From NCBI GenBank assembly GCA_047630355.1, contig JBLHXN010000005.1:5269-69268 (forward strand): a stretch of DNA of 64,000 nt. The letters are read 5' to 3'. Of this stretch, positions 38,036 to 47,946 are shown one piece after another. The translations under genes and the position numbers were made by a program. The notes under the pieces were generated by a model. That model was given only the letters and a program-made list of their open reading frames with translations, made no database searches and was not told the origin of the DNA. Positions within the stretch are counted from its first letter, which is position 1, and every line of letters begins with the position of its first letter. This stretch comes from Spirosomataceae bacterium (GTDB taxonomy: Bacteria; Bacteroidota; Bacteroidia; Cytophagales; Spirosomataceae).

Positions 38036-39256
38036 CTACCTGTTTTTTTTAGCTTTCTTTTTGGCTTCTCGGTACAACCCTAAAGCTTCTTCACGGATAG
38101 AGGATTTCCTTTCAGCGTTTTTGTAAACGGTTCTGAAATGCTTTTGTGCGTCTTTATAATTGCCTTCAATCATGGCAAATCTTCCTAATTCACGGTGAGC
38201 TCCCAAAAAGTACCCCGAATCTTCGGAATCGTTGTTCAGGGCATACCCAATTGTTAGCGTATAATACTTCTTCGCTTCTTCGATATTTCGGTAATAATGC
38301 TGGTTGGCGTAGCCTAAAATGTACGCTCCGTAACGACCATCGTTATCACCATAACCGTAATTTCCGGCATCAATCCGATCCAATAATTCTTTTGCGTACG
38401 TAGCGGCATCACCTATCCGACCTACTGAAAAAGCATTGCGGGCGGCGTAGCGGTGGAAATAAGAATTACGGGGATAAATTGCGTGCATCATCTGAGCCAT
38501 TTGAAGCCCCTTTTTGGGTTGCTTTTCCATGGCGTAAATTTGAACTAAAAAGTACCGGGCCTCCATTCGGGTGTAAAATGCATTCAACGAAACGTTTTCT
38601 AATTGCTTGACACCAAGTGATTTGTTCCCTTTTCGGAAGAAAGTTAAAAGTGGTTTTAGTGAAGGATAATTTTCTGGAATCCAGCGGGAGTAATAATTAT
38701 AAAGCCCGTCTCCAAACATGAGTTCAGGGTTTATGTCGCCGTCGCCTCGGCTTCGTTCTAAATACTTGAGTGCCTGTTTGCCTGCCCACGCAGACTTTAC
38801 CCAACTTTGTCTTTCGGAGTACAAACGTCCTTTGAAAGCGTAAGCGGCAGCTAAGAAGAAAGCGGCTTCTTTTTCCATGGTTTCGTACTTGAGCATATTT
38901 TCGGCTTTATCAATTGCCATATCCATGCTCTGCTGACATTTATCGTCGTAAATCTCGACTTTGGTATCTGGCACAATTTTCCACCAGGTATTTAATCCTA
39001 CTAAAAAATAACCAATTGGGTGATCAGGGTATTTAACAGTCAACCACTTGAAACCCCGTTCGGCTTCAAAAAAATTGTAGTTATACATATCATTGATAGC
39101 GTCGGTGGTCTTGATTTGAATATCTCGGTTGGTCAAGAGCATTTCTTTTGGCGGAGTGGCTTTGTCACCCGAGAACCAATCAAACAGTTGAGCATCCGCC
39201 GAAACGGCATTGACGACTATTAGTAAAATAAAAAAAGCAAATCGGTTTAAATTCAT
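38036..39256 (-). CDS. Exported TPR-like repeat protein (uncharacterised)
   Basis: Signal peptide 'FAFFILLIVVNAVSADA'. Helical, Tyr/Ala-rich repeats. ATG at 39256 preferred over TTG at 39292. Confidence 0.4.
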   Translation of the reverse strand: MNLNRFAFFILLIVVNAVSADAQLFDWFSGDKATPPKEMLLTNRDIQIKTTDAINDMYNYNFFEAERGFKWLTVKYPDHPIGYFLVGLNTWWKIVPDTKVEIYDDKCQQSMDMAIDKAENMLKYETMEKEAAFFLAAAYAFKGRLYSERQSWVKSAWAGKQALKYLERSRGDGDINPELMFGDGLYNYYSRWIPENYPSLKPLLTFFRKGNKSLGVKQLENVSLNAFYTRMEARYFLVQIYAMEKQPKKGLQMAQMMHAIYPRNSYFHRYAARNAFSVGRIGDAATYAKELLDRIDAGNYGYGDNDGRYGAYILGYANQHYYRNIEEAKKYYTLTIGYALNNDSEDSGYFLGAHRELGRFAMIEGNYKDAQKHFRTVYKNAERKSSIREEALGLYREAKKKAKKNR

Positions 39257-39377
39257 TGAGAAACTGGCATTAGTACTTAGTTTTGTAGGCAACCGCCCGA
39301 AAATACTTACTTATAAAACGAATTATTTTAAAAAACGTCTCAGCAAAGTCCTTATTATTTTTCACGATAAATTAGTT

Positions 39378-39908
39378 ATGCATAAAGTAAAAGATAAGTA
39401 CTTCAAAACGTTGATTCCGTCGCAGGATATACAAGCGAGGGTTGTTGAAATAGCTAACTTGCTAAATGCAGATTACGCAGATAAAAATCCGCTTCTGATT
39501 GGTGTTCTAAATGGCTCGTTCATTTTCCTAAGCGACTTATTCAAGTGCATAAACATTGACTGCGAGGTGACATTTATGCGGGTATCGTCTTACGAAAACC
39601 TTCGTTCTACGGGAAAAGTGACGCAAATAATCGGCCTGAAAGAAGACATAGCTGACCGCCACGTACTAATCGTGGAAGATATTGTGGACACTGGTCAGAC
39701 GTTAGTCAATGTAAAAGAGCAGTTAGTTAAAATGAAACCTGCTTCCCTGAAGGTCGTAACATTACTCAATAAACCCGACGCGATGCTGAAACCACTTCCG
39801 TTAGATTATGTTGGGTTCAAGATTGAAAACAACTTTGTGATTGGTTACGGACTTGATTACGACGGGCATGGCAGGAATCTAACCGATATTTGCGTTTTAT
39901 CGGAGTAA
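39378..39908 (+). CDS. hpt: Hypoxanthine phosphoribosyltransferase
   Basis: 'LLIGVLNGSFIFLSDL' and the PRPP motif 'VLIVEDIVDTGQTL'. ATG at 39378; the track ORF extension overlaps the divergent gene. Confidence 0.85.
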   Translation: MHKVKDKYFKTLIPSQDIQARVVEIANLLNADYADKNPLLIGVLNGSFIFLSDLFKCINIDCEVTFMRVSSYENLRSTGKVTQIIGLKEDIADRHVLIVEDIVDTGQTLVNVKEQLVKMKPASLKVVTLLNKPDAMLKPLPLDYVGFKIENNFVIGYGLDYDGHGRNLTDICVLSE

Positions 39909-39928
39909 TTTCACAAACGAATATACAT

Positions 39929-39969
39929 AAAAAAGCGGCTATCTGATTTTTCAGATAGCCGCTTTTTTG
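39929..39969. terminator. Bidirectional intrinsic terminator between hpt and the fasciclin gene
   Basis: AAAAAGCGGCTATCTGA pairs with TCAGATAGCCGCTTTTT, flanked by an A-run and a T-run. Confidence 0.75.
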
Positions 39970-39981
39970 TGAGGTTCTTGC

Positions 39982-40941
39982 TTACAGTTGTGGAAGCAAA
40001 ACTCTATCAATTACGTGAACTACACCATTTGTGGCTAAGATATTTACCGCTGTGATGTTAGAAGGCTCACTGCTGATACCATCTACTTTCGCTCCATTAC
40101 TCAAGTCAAATGTAATTGTTTCACTGTTTGCAGTAGCTACGGCTCCACTTACGTTTGGTAAGTCTGTTGAGAATACACGACCGGGTACTACGTGATATAA
40201 CAAAACACTTGTTAACAATGCTTTACTCTCAGGTAGTAATAGAGTAGCCTTCGGAATTGCTTTGTACAATTCAGTAAAGGCGGCGTTTGTCGGGGCAAAA
40301 ACAGTAAGCCCGTTTGCCGAAGCATTAGTCAACGCAGCGGCAACACCTGCATCAGCAGCTAAAACTAACTCAACTAATTCTGAAAAGGCAGGATTCCCAA
40401 TGGCAATTTCTACTAAAGACTGCGAAGGGGGCACAATTACGTTATCAATTACGTGAATCACTCCGTTTGAAGCGTCAACGTCTGTTGCAATAACCTTTAT
40501 GTTTCCGTTAATGAAAACTCCATTACTATTTACAGATAAATAAATGTCGTTATCGGCGTTTACGGTTGAAACCGCTCCACTTGTTACGGACGCAGCTCTT
40601 ACTTCTCCGCTCAATACGTGCGAGGTTAAAATGGGAGTTAGTGCTGCTGCATCTAAACCATCTAACGATGTAATACCTGCTTTTGTGAAAGCATCGTTGT
40701 TAGGAGCAAATACAGTAAAAGGACCGTCGCCTTGTAGCGTAGTTACTAAATCAGCTTTAGTTAAAGCGGCTACTAATGTAGAAAATTGTGTGTCTCCACC
40801 GGCGATGGCAGTAATATCTGTTGCTGGTGGTTCTATTGCCACCGGCATATCGTCATCTTCACACGAGGTGAATATGAAAATACTCACAAATAACATCGAA
40901 AATAACGATAAGGCGGGTTTGAATCTAAATAGGTCTTTCAT
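39982..40941 (-). CDS. Fasciclin (FAS1) domain lipoprotein, two FAS1 repeats
   Basis: Lipobox 'IFTSC'. 'FTVFAPNNDAF', 'GVIHVIDNVIVP', 'LTVFAPTNAAF' and 'GVVHVIDRVLLP'. Confidence 0.85.
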   Translation of the reverse strand: MKDLFRFKPALSLFSMLFVSIFIFTSCEDDDMPVAIEPPATDITAIAGGDTQFSTLVAALTKADLVTTLQGDGPFTVFAPNNDAFTKAGITSLDGLDAAALTPILTSHVLSGEVRAASVTSGAVSTVNADNDIYLSVNSNGVFINGNIKVIATDVDASNGVIHVIDNVIVPPSQSLVEIAIGNPAFSELVELVLAADAGVAAALTNASANGLTVFAPTNAAFTELYKAIPKATLLLPESKALLTSVLLYHVVPGRVFSTDLPNVSGAVATANSETITFDLSNGAKVDGISSEPSNITAVNILATNGVVHVIDRVLLPQL

Positions 40942-41109
40942 GAGAATATTTTAATTATATGTTGTTACGTATAATATCCCCAACTGTGCCTTTCCACTTT
41001 ATGTTTTTTATTTGTACACATAATACTATTGAAAATAACAATGTTTAGATTTCGAACAATATAGTTAAACAAGAAAAATTTAACTATTTCATTATCAGCT
41101 AATTACGCT

Positions 41110-41616
41110 TTAGATAAATAGTAGAATTAGGGTGAGTACTATTCCGCCGAAGGTAAAATACAGCCCTTTTCTTAATATTTTTGAGCCGGGCAGGAACATC
41201 CAAAACGACGAAATTACGAAGAACAATAATGAAAACCCGAAGAAGATATTCAGCCAATAAAGCGGGTCATTCGTCGTAGCTTTATGTAGATGAGTCATTT
41301 TGTTTAGAACCATCGGTAGCTCTTTTTTCGTGTAAGTTGCTAATCCGGTTACGTTGTTATATTCACCATTTTGAAAGCGTAGAATGGTTCCTTCTGTAGT
41401 AGGAGCAAGGTCTTTCATTCCTAAGGCTTCTCCGAGGTTATCGGCAGAAATGCTCTTCTCTAACCGTTTTTCGTACTTAACCTCCTGTTTCAGGAAATCA
41501 GTTTTACGAAAAATTAAAACTACGCCGCTAATAGAGTAAACAGCCATTATTCCAGCCAAAAAAAAGCCTAAGTAACGGTGCAAAATTCGCATGGTTTGAG
41601 AATTTTTCTTCTTCAT
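41110..41616 (-). CDS. PepSY-associated-TM-like membrane protein
   Basis: 'MRILHRYLGFFLAGIMAVYSISGVVLIFR' N-terminal helix pattern plus two C-terminal helices. ATG at 41616. Confidence 0.4.
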   Translation of the reverse strand: MKKKNSQTMRILHRYLGFFLAGIMAVYSISGVVLIFRKTDFLKQEVKYEKRLEKSISADNLGEALGMKDLAPTTEGTILRFQNGEYNNVTGLATYTKKELPMVLNKMTHLHKATTNDPLYWLNIFFGFSLLFFVISSFWMFLPGSKILRKGLYFTFGGIVLTLILLFI

Positions 41617-41653
41617 CTTATTTATTCTAATTCTAAATAGTGAAAAGTGGAAC

Positions 41654-41685
41654 AAAAATAGTGTAGCCGTTGCTGACTACACTAC
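41654..41685 (-). terminator. Intrinsic terminator after infB
   Basis: On the minus strand, TAGTGTAG, a 10-nt loop, CTACACTA and then TTTTT. Plus-strand arms are 41659-41666 and 41677-41684. Confidence 0.55.
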
Positions 41686-41701
41686 ATATTTATTAAAATT
41701 T

Positions 41702-44692
41702 TTAAAGCTTACGTTTAATTTCACGGGTTTCAAATACTTCTACAATATCACCAATTTCGATGTTATTAAAGTTCTTGATACTCAGACCGCATTCGTAACC
41801 GGATTTTACCTCAGAAGCGTTGTCTTTAAATCGTTTCAGTTCAGAGATTTCTCCTTCGTGATTCACAATTCCGTCTCGGATAATTCGGATTTTGCTGCTA
41901 CGTTTGATGTAACCATCAAGCACATAACACCCCGCAATTGTACCGATACGACTGATCTTGAATACTTCACGTACTTCAACATTACCCACGATAACTTCTT
42001 CCTCTTTCGGAGCAAGCATACCTTCAAGTGCATCTTTCAGCTCATTGATGGCATCGTAGATGATTGAGTACAAGCGGATTTCAATTTCTTCGTTCTCTGC
42101 AAGTTTACGAGCATTCAACGATGGACGAACCTGGAATCCAATCACGATGGCGTCTGCAGCGGATGCCAACAACACGTCTGATTCGGAAATCGGACCAACG
42201 CCTTTGTGAATAATCCGTACCTGAATTTCGTCTGTCGAGAGCTTCAGTAATGAATCTGATAGTGCCTCTACCGAACCGTCTACGTCACCTTTTACAATAA
42301 CATTAAGCTCCTGGAATGAACCGATCGCCTTCCGACGTCCAATCTCATCAAGTGTAATGTGTTTCTTGGCTCTGATACTTTGTTCACGAATTATCTGCTC
42401 ACGTTTATTGGCAATCTCACGGGCTTCCCGTTCGCTTGGCATAACATTGAAGCGATCTCCGGCTTGCGGTGCTCCTGGTAAACCGAGTATTTGAACCGGA
42501 GTTGCAGGACCTGCTTCTTCAATCCGATTACCAAGATCGTCAATCATCGCCCGAACTTTACCGTAGTATTGTCCGGCAAGAATTACGTCCCCAACTTTTA
42601 AGGTTCCGCTCTGTACCAACACGTCTGAAACGTATCCACGGCCCTTGTCAAGAGATGCTTCTACTACCGTTCCGTCGGCGGTACGGTTAGGGTTAGCTTT
42701 CAGCTCAAGTACTTCTGCTTCGAGAATAATTTTATCAAGAAGGTCGTCAATACCCGTTCCGTGTTTTGCAGATACTTCCTGATCTTGATATTTACCACCC
42801 CAGCTTTCAACCAGGATATTTTCTACAGACAAATCCTGACGGATTTTTTCGGGATTTGCTCCCGGCTTATCAATTTTGTTTATCGCGATAATAATCGGAA
42901 CTCCGGCGTTTTGGGCGTGATTAATTGCCTCACGTGTTTGTGGCATCACACTATCATCAGCCGCAACTACGATAATTACTACGTCAGTTACTTTGGCTCC
43001 CCTCGCTCGCATGGCGGTAAAGGCTTCGTGTCCTGGTGTATCCAAGAAAGTGATTTTCTTTCCTTTGTTGCTTCCTTCAGTTAAAGTTACAGAGTACGCC
43101 CCAACGTGTTGCGTAATTCCTCCGGCTTCACCAGAAGCTACTTTGGCCGTTCTGATATAGTCAAGTAACGATGTTTTACCGTGGTCAACGTGTCCCATGA
43201 TTGTTACAATCGGACCACGCTCTTTCAGGTCTTCAGGAGCATCTTCAATATCAAGGTTTTCGGCATTGACTTCATCTTCGGCAGAAATAAATTCTACGTC
43301 AAAGTCAAATTCTAAACCAATCATTTGAATTGCTTCGGCGTCGAGACGCTGATTGATCGAAACGAACATGCCCATTTGCATACAAGTTGCAATGACTTCG
43401 TTTACCGATACATCCATTAATGAGGCAAGCTCAGATGCTGAGATAAACTCAGTAACTTTAAGGATGCTGTTTTCGTATTCTTCGATCCGGTCTTGCAGGT
43501 CTTGTCTGTCAGCTCGGTTGCGTCGTTTGTCACGACGATTCTTCGCTCCGAAATCAGGGCCTTTATTCCCTTGTATCCGAGCCATCGTCTGCTTGATGTT
43601 GTCTTTTACGTCACTTTGAGAAACCGAATCCCGGCGATTACCTTTGCGTCCGCGGCGATTATCATCTGGTTTCTTCTTAGGGTCTACCTTGGCGGTTGTT
43701 GACGGCGTTGTAGTTTGTGGTTTATCAACAACTTGCTTGACTACGCGTTTGCGTTTACGCTTCTTGCGATTTCCGGAATCTCTACTTGGTAATTCTATCT
43801 TGCCAAGCACTTTCAGCCCCTGAAGCTTATGACCTGTGCCTTTCATTATTTCATTTACCGGATTTTCAGCTGGCTTGGTATCAGCATTAGCTACCGGAGA
43901 AACATCAGCTTCCTTCTTAGTTTCGGCAACTGGTATTTCTGGTTTAGTAACTGGTGTTTCGGCAACCGGCTCTTTTTTAGCTTCCGGTTCTTTCTTCTCT
44001 TCTTTCGGTTTCTCTATCTCTGGCTGTTTTGGAGTCTCTGCCTTTACCACAGTTTTCTCTTCAACAACTTTCGGAGCCTCTTCTTTTTTCTCTACCGGAG
44101 CTACTTTTTCCGGTTCAACAGTTTTCTCAACTGCTTTTGGCTCAAGTTTTGCTGTAGGTTGTTCAACCACAGGAGGAGGAGGAAGTACTTCTTTTTTTGG
44201 TTTCTCTTCAGCCACCGGAGCTGGAGGAGCGGGGATAGGTGCAGGAGTTGGGACAGGTTCTACTGTCTTGATTTCTTCTACGGGCTTTGGTGTTGGCTTA
44301 GCCGGCTTTTTGCCTAAATCTATTTTGCCCAAGATTCTCGTGCCAGATAATTTATTATCCAATACTATCCGTTCAGGAATTTTTTCTTCTTCGGGTTTCT
44401 TAGAGGTTTCCGCTACTTTCGGAGTATCATTCCGGAAGTACAGTATTTCATCGTCAGCTACTTTCTCAGTAGCTCTGGGGGCAGGTACATTTACTGCGGG
44501 CGTACTCTTTCCTGTCAACTCGGGTAAGTCGAAATCTTTTGCAAGAATTTCCAGTTGCCCGAAAGTAAGCTTCGCGTTTGGGCTACTGTCTATCTTTTCG
44601 CCTTTTACGGCGAGGTGTTCAACAATAGTTCCAAGACCAACGTTTAACTTCCGTGCCGCCAAACTCAACCGCATCTGTTTCTGTTCTGCCAT
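41702..44692 (-). CDS. infB: Translation initiation factor IF-2
   Basis: '[14 protein letters not shown]', '[10 protein letters not shown]' and 'INKIDK' G-domain motifs. Long Pro/Glu/Lys/Val/Ala-rich N-terminal region. 996 aa. Confidence 0.95.
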   Translation of the reverse strand: MAEQKQMRLSLAARKLNVGLGTIVEHLAVKGEKIDSSPNAKLTFGQLEILAKDFDLPELTGKSTPAVNVPAPRATEKVADDEILYFRNDTPKVAETSKKPEEEKIPERIVLDNKLSGTRILGKIDLGKKPAKPTPKPVEEIKTVEPVPTPAPIPAPPAPVAEEKPKKEVLPPPPVVEQPTAKLEPKAVEKTVEPEKVAPVEKKEEAPKVVEEKTVVKAETPKQPEIEKPKEEKKEPEAKKEPVAETPVTKPEIPVAETKKEADVSPVANADTKPAENPVNEIMKGTGHKLQGLKVLGKIELPSRDSGNRKKRKRKRVVKQVVDKPQTTTPSTTAKVDPKKKPDDNRRGRKGNRRDSVSQSDVKDNIKQTMARIQGNKGPDFGAKNRRDKRRNRADRQDLQDRIEEYENSILKVTEFISASELASLMDVSVNEVIATCMQMGMFVSINQRLDAEAIQMIGLEFDFDVEFISAEDEVNAENLDIEDAPEDLKERGPIVTIMGHVDHGKTSLLDYIRTAKVASGEAGGITQHVGAYSVTLTEGSNKGKKITFLDTPGHEAFTAMRARGAKVTDVVIIVVAADDSVMPQTREAINHAQNAGVPIIIAINKIDKPGANPEKIRQDLSVENILVESWGGKYQDQEVSAKHGTGIDDLLDKIILEAEVLELKANPNRTADGTVVEASLDKGRGYVSDVLVQSGTLKVGDVILAGQYYGKVRAMIDDLGNRIEEAGPATPVQILGLPGAPQAGDRFNVMPSEREAREIANKREQIIREQSIRAKKHITLDEIGRRKAIGSFQELNVIVKGDVDGSVEALSDSLLKLSTDEIQVRIIHKGVGPISESDVLLASAADAIVIGFQVRPSLNARKLAENEEIEIRLYSIIYDAINELKDALEGMLAPKEEEVIVGNVEVREVFKISRIGTIAGCYVLDGYIKRSSKIRIIRDGIVNHEGEISELKRFKDNASEVKSGYECGLSIKNFNNIEIGDIVEVFETREIKRKL

Positions 44693-44764
44693 AAATTGGA
44701 TAAAAATATAATATAAATATGGTTGCTTTTCTCAAAGCAGGGTTAATTGATAAGTAGTTGCTTA

Positions 44765-46024
44765 TCAATCTTCTTGTTCAAATTCTCTTTCGAGGATTGC
44801 CAATACTTCGGCAATTGTTTCCTCTTCTAATTCGGTACGACGTACCAGTTCAGTTCTTTCAAGTTCGAGTACAGCTTTGGCGGTGTCAAGCCCAATCTTA
44901 CGGAACTCAGACAATACCCATCCGTCGATTTCGTCACTGAATTCCTTCAAGTCAACATCATCAATTTCTATTTCGTTCGGTGCTATTTCACGGAACACGT
45001 CTAACTCCCAACCTACTAAACGGCTGGCAAGCTTAATATTGAGTCCACCACGTCCGATAGCTTTAGAAACTTCATCAGGCTGAGGCAGGTAAACCGACGC
45101 TCTTTTGTTGTCTTCATCTAACTTTACGCTGCTAATCTTAGCAGGGCTCAACGCTCGTGAAATCAACAGCGAAGTATTCTCCGTCCACTGAATCACGTCA
45201 ATGTTCTCATTCTCTAACTCCCGAACAACGTTGTGAATACGTGAACCACGCATTCCGACACACGCCCCAACGGGATCAATACGTTCATCGTAAGATTCTA
45301 CAGCTACTTTAGCTCGTTCTCCCGGCTCACGTACCACTTTTTTTACAGCAATGATGCCGTCCTGAATTTCGGGTATTTCCTGCTCAAAAAGTCGCTCTAA
45401 AAATACAGGTGACGTGCGGGAAAGAATAATTCTTGGGCTTCCGTTATTCAATTCTACGTCGTGAATAACGGCACGAAGTGAATAACCTTTCCGAAAACGA
45501 TCTTTAGGTATTTGTAAACTCTTGGGCAAAGATAACTCATTCCCTTCATTATCTATACAAATAACTTCACGGCTTAATACTTGATGGATTTCAACGTTCA
45601 CCAATTCGCCTTTTTGGTCTTTATATTGGTCGAAGAGCATTTCTTTTTCCAAGTCCTTAATTTTTTGAATCAAGGTCTGGCGAGCTGTTTGAACCACTCG
45701 GCGACCGAAGTCGATGAGCTTTACTTCTTCGGCTACTTCTTCGCCGATTTCGAAGTCAGGCTCAATTTTCTGAGCATCTTCTAATGTAATCTTATCGAAA
45801 TCCCAGATGTCTTCTGAGTTATCGTCAACAATTTCACGAGTTCGCCACATCTCCAGGTCTCCGGTTTCAGGATTCAGGATAATGTCGAAGTTTTCGTCCG
45901 TTCCGTATTTTTTACGAATCATAGTACGAAACACGTCTTCCAAAATGGTTATCATTGTAGGACGGTCAATATTTTTCTCGCGAGCAAACTCTGCGAACGA
46001 AGCAATTAAGTCTCCACTATTCAT
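44765..46024 (-). CDS. nusA: Transcription termination/antitermination factor NusA
   Basis: S1 and KH regions 'ERAKVAVESYDERIDPVGACVGMRGSRI' and 'AIGRGGLNIKLASRLVGWELDV'. Confidence 0.95.
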   Translation of the reverse strand: MNSGDLIASFAEFAREKNIDRPTMITILEDVFRTMIRKKYGTDENFDIILNPETGDLEMWRTREIVDDNSEDIWDFDKITLEDAQKIEPDFEIGEEVAEEVKLIDFGRRVVQTARQTLIQKIKDLEKEMLFDQYKDQKGELVNVEIHQVLSREVICIDNEGNELSLPKSLQIPKDRFRKGYSLRAVIHDVELNNGSPRIILSRTSPVFLERLFEQEIPEIQDGIIAVKKVVREPGERAKVAVESYDERIDPVGACVGMRGSRIHNVVRELENENIDVIQWTENTSLLISRALSPAKISSVKLDEDNKRASVYLPQPDEVSKAIGRGGLNIKLASRLVGWELDVFREIAPNEIEIDDVDLKEFSDEIDGWVLSEFRKIGLDTAKAVLELERTELVRRTELEEETIAEVLAILEREFEQED

Positions 46025-46058
46025 CGTTTATTATTTTATTGATCGGTTCTGTTGCAAT

Positions 46059-46520
46059 TTATTTAAATGAAACTTCCACTTTTGCCACTTTTACTTCTTC
46101 ATAAAGAATGGTCCTCGGTAGTGGTATTCCTTTTTCTTTCTTCTTTTTTTCGGGAATAACTACAAAAGAATCTTTTCCGACTTCGGTAAGTTCTCCTTTG
46201 ATTACCTGACCGTCGGTAAAAGTAACCTTTAATTTACGGCCGATATTTTTTTTGTACATCCGTGCAAATGCCAGCGGAGTATCAACTCCCGGCGAAGAAA
46301 CTTCCAGCGTGTACGCATTTGGCATCAATACTTCCAGATCTTCTTCAATTGCCCGGCTAACCTTTCCCAACTCATCAATCCCAATTCCGGAATCAGAATC
46401 TATCAAGATGGTTACTTTACTCCGTATTTTTGACGCACCTGACTTCACATCTACTACGAAGAACTCTTCGCTTGGTAAATGTTTGACAGTTACTTCGGTT
46501 ATTTTTTCAACTAAATCCAT
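46059..46520 (-). CDS. rimP: Ribosome maturation factor RimP
   Basis: Position upstream of nusA. 'YTLEVSSPGVDTPL' motif. ATG at 46520 preferred over GTG at 46535. Confidence 0.85.
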   Translation of the reverse strand: MDLVEKITEVTVKHLPSEEFFVVDVKSGASKIRSKVTILIDSDSGIGIDELGKVSRAIEEDLEVLMPNAYTLEVSSPGVDTPLAFARMYKKNIGRKLKVTFTDGQVIKGELTEVGKDSFVVIPEKKKKEKGIPLPRTILYEEVKVAKVEVSFK

Positions 46521-46556
46521 CTTATTTTTTTTCACTTTTTAACAGCACAAAACGAG

Positions 46557-46581
46557 AAAAAGGAGGCTGCCCCTCCTTTTT
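46557..46581 (-). promoter_or_regulatory. Terminator-like hairpin in the rimP-nusA-infB leader (candidate attenuator)
   Basis: The minus-strand RNA reads AAAAAGGAGG-GGCAG-CCUCCUUUUU followed by CUCGUUUUG. It lies about 37 nt upstream of the rimP ATG. Both flanking genes diverge away from it. Confidence 0.4.
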
Positions 46582-46746
46582 ATAATTGCACAAGTCTCAG
46601 CTAATCTTTCGCAAAATTAACTTTTCTCCTTTTTAAAACAAAATTTGTGTCTAAAAAAGAGGATATGATTTTAGTTTCGTCGGATTGGAATTATTTTTGG
46701 AAAAAATAAGAAATTTGAAAGTTGTTCTAAATCATCGAGTTGTGGT

Positions 46747-47841
46747 ATGTTTAAATTTTTGAGAAGTGTTATGTTTTTAGTGAACATACTTTTGGCATTT
46801 GTAACCTTGCTTGGGTACCAACTTTGCTATTCGGCAGATATTGGGCACTGGGCGGCCGGGTTCATCATGTTGGCTACGCCTGCCTTTATTGTTTCTAATG
46901 TTGTGTTTTGTCTCTTTTGGTTGCTTACCAATTACCGCCAGATGTGGCTTTCGGGGTTAATTCTGTTGATTGGTATTCCGTTAATGGGGCGTTCTTTCCA
47001 GTTTCCTTCTTTTGAAAAAACAATGCTTACGGGTTCATCTGATATTAGTGTGCTGAGTTATAACGTAATGTATTGTAACTACGGAAGCTACACGCAGGAT
47101 AAAACGACTGCCCTCGGTATTGTGAATGCACTGGACACGCTTTCGGCAGACATCAAGTGTTTTCAAGAGTTGTACAATAATGATAAAATGCCCGATTTGC
47201 GTACAATATATAAATTAACCGATACGCATCCGTACTATGCGTATATGCATTCTGCCGCTGATAATAATGAAGGACAGGGTAATATTGGTCTGGCGGTTTT
47301 CTCCAAACATCCGATTATCAGAAAGCAGGAGGTATTCTGGAAACGAAATAATAATGGGATACTACTCACTGATATTGTGGTAAATGATGATACCATACGC
47401 GTGATTAATGTGCAAATGCACTCTATGGGTATCAGGGTGCAGAAAGTGATTAATGCTCGTGACAATAAAGACGACGCAAAAGTAAAAGCAGAAACGAAGA
47501 ATATTCTCAGTTTACTAAAGTCTGGCTTTGAAATTCGGCGAATCCAGGCCGATGAACTTGCAAAATGGATTGCCGATAGCCCGTACCCAACAATTGTCTG
47601 CGGAGATTTTAATGAAATCCCGTTTGGTTACGCGTACGGACATACTAATAAATTACTGCAAAATGCTTTTGAAAGTTCTGGCAGCGGTTTTGGGTTTACT
47701 TACAACAGAGTGCCTAGTATTATTCGCATCGACAATCAATTCTACGATGATACAAAGATTGACAATTACTCTTTTGAAACGTTGAACAAGGCTCGTTTTT
47801 CGGATCATTATCCCGTTCGGGGGAGATATTTGGTACGGTGA
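46747..47841 (+). CDS. Endonuclease/exonuclease/phosphatase (EEP) family protein with N-terminal transmembrane segments
   Basis: Three N-terminal hydrophobic helices. 'ISVLSYNV', 'CFQEL', 'VCGDFNE' and C-terminal 'FSDHYPV'. Confidence 0.7.
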   Translation: MFKFLRSVMFLVNILLAFVTLLGYQLCYSADIGHWAAGFIMLATPAFIVSNVVFCLFWLLTNYRQMWLSGLILLIGIPLMGRSFQFPSFEKTMLTGSSDISVLSYNVMYCNYGSYTQDKTTALGIVNALDTLSADIKCFQELYNNDKMPDLRTIYKLTDTHPYYAYMHSAADNNEGQGNIGLAVFSKHPIIRKQEVFWKRNNNGILLTDIVVNDDTIRVINVQMHSMGIRVQKVINARDNKDDAKVKAETKNILSLLKSGFEIRRIQADELAKWIADSPYPTIVCGDFNEIPFGYAYGHTNKLLQNAFESSGSGFGFTYNRVPSIIRIDNQFYDDTKIDNYSFETLNKARFSDHYPVRGRYLVR

Positions 47842-47900
47842 TACTATCTTTCCTATTACCAAAGATATACTTTTGGTAGAGTCTACCTTTGATCAATTTT

Positions 47901-47939
47901 CAATTACCGTGTTTCTCAAAACGAAAAACACGGTAATTG
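47901..47939. terminator. Strong 14-bp hairpin between convergent genes
   Basis: CAATTACCGTGTTT (47901-47914) pairs with AAACACGGTAATTG (47926-47939). Flanking U-runs are weak. Confidence 0.5.
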
Positions 47940-47946
47940 AAAAGGT

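Noticed and set aside
40262-40954. Plus-strand ORFs of 64 aa and 136 aa, Ala/Ser/Val-rich.
   Set aside because: They are antisense to the fasciclin gene, whose FAS1 motifs are unambiguous. The compositional mirror effect explains them.
43836-44711. A 291-aa plus-strand ORF (and the 162-aa ORF at 43829-44317) rich in Gly/Ser/Phe.
   Set aside because: It is entirely antisense to the well-supported infB gene. It is an artefact of the stop-poor reverse complement of the Pro/Glu/Lys-rich IF-2 region and has no motif or independent start context.
46561-46566. 'AGGAGG', which looks like a perfect Shine-Dalgarno sequence in the rimP/EEP spacer.
   Set aside because: No start codon follows at an appropriate distance on either strand. 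The motif forms the stem of the leader hairpin. Other genes in the window show no SD usage.
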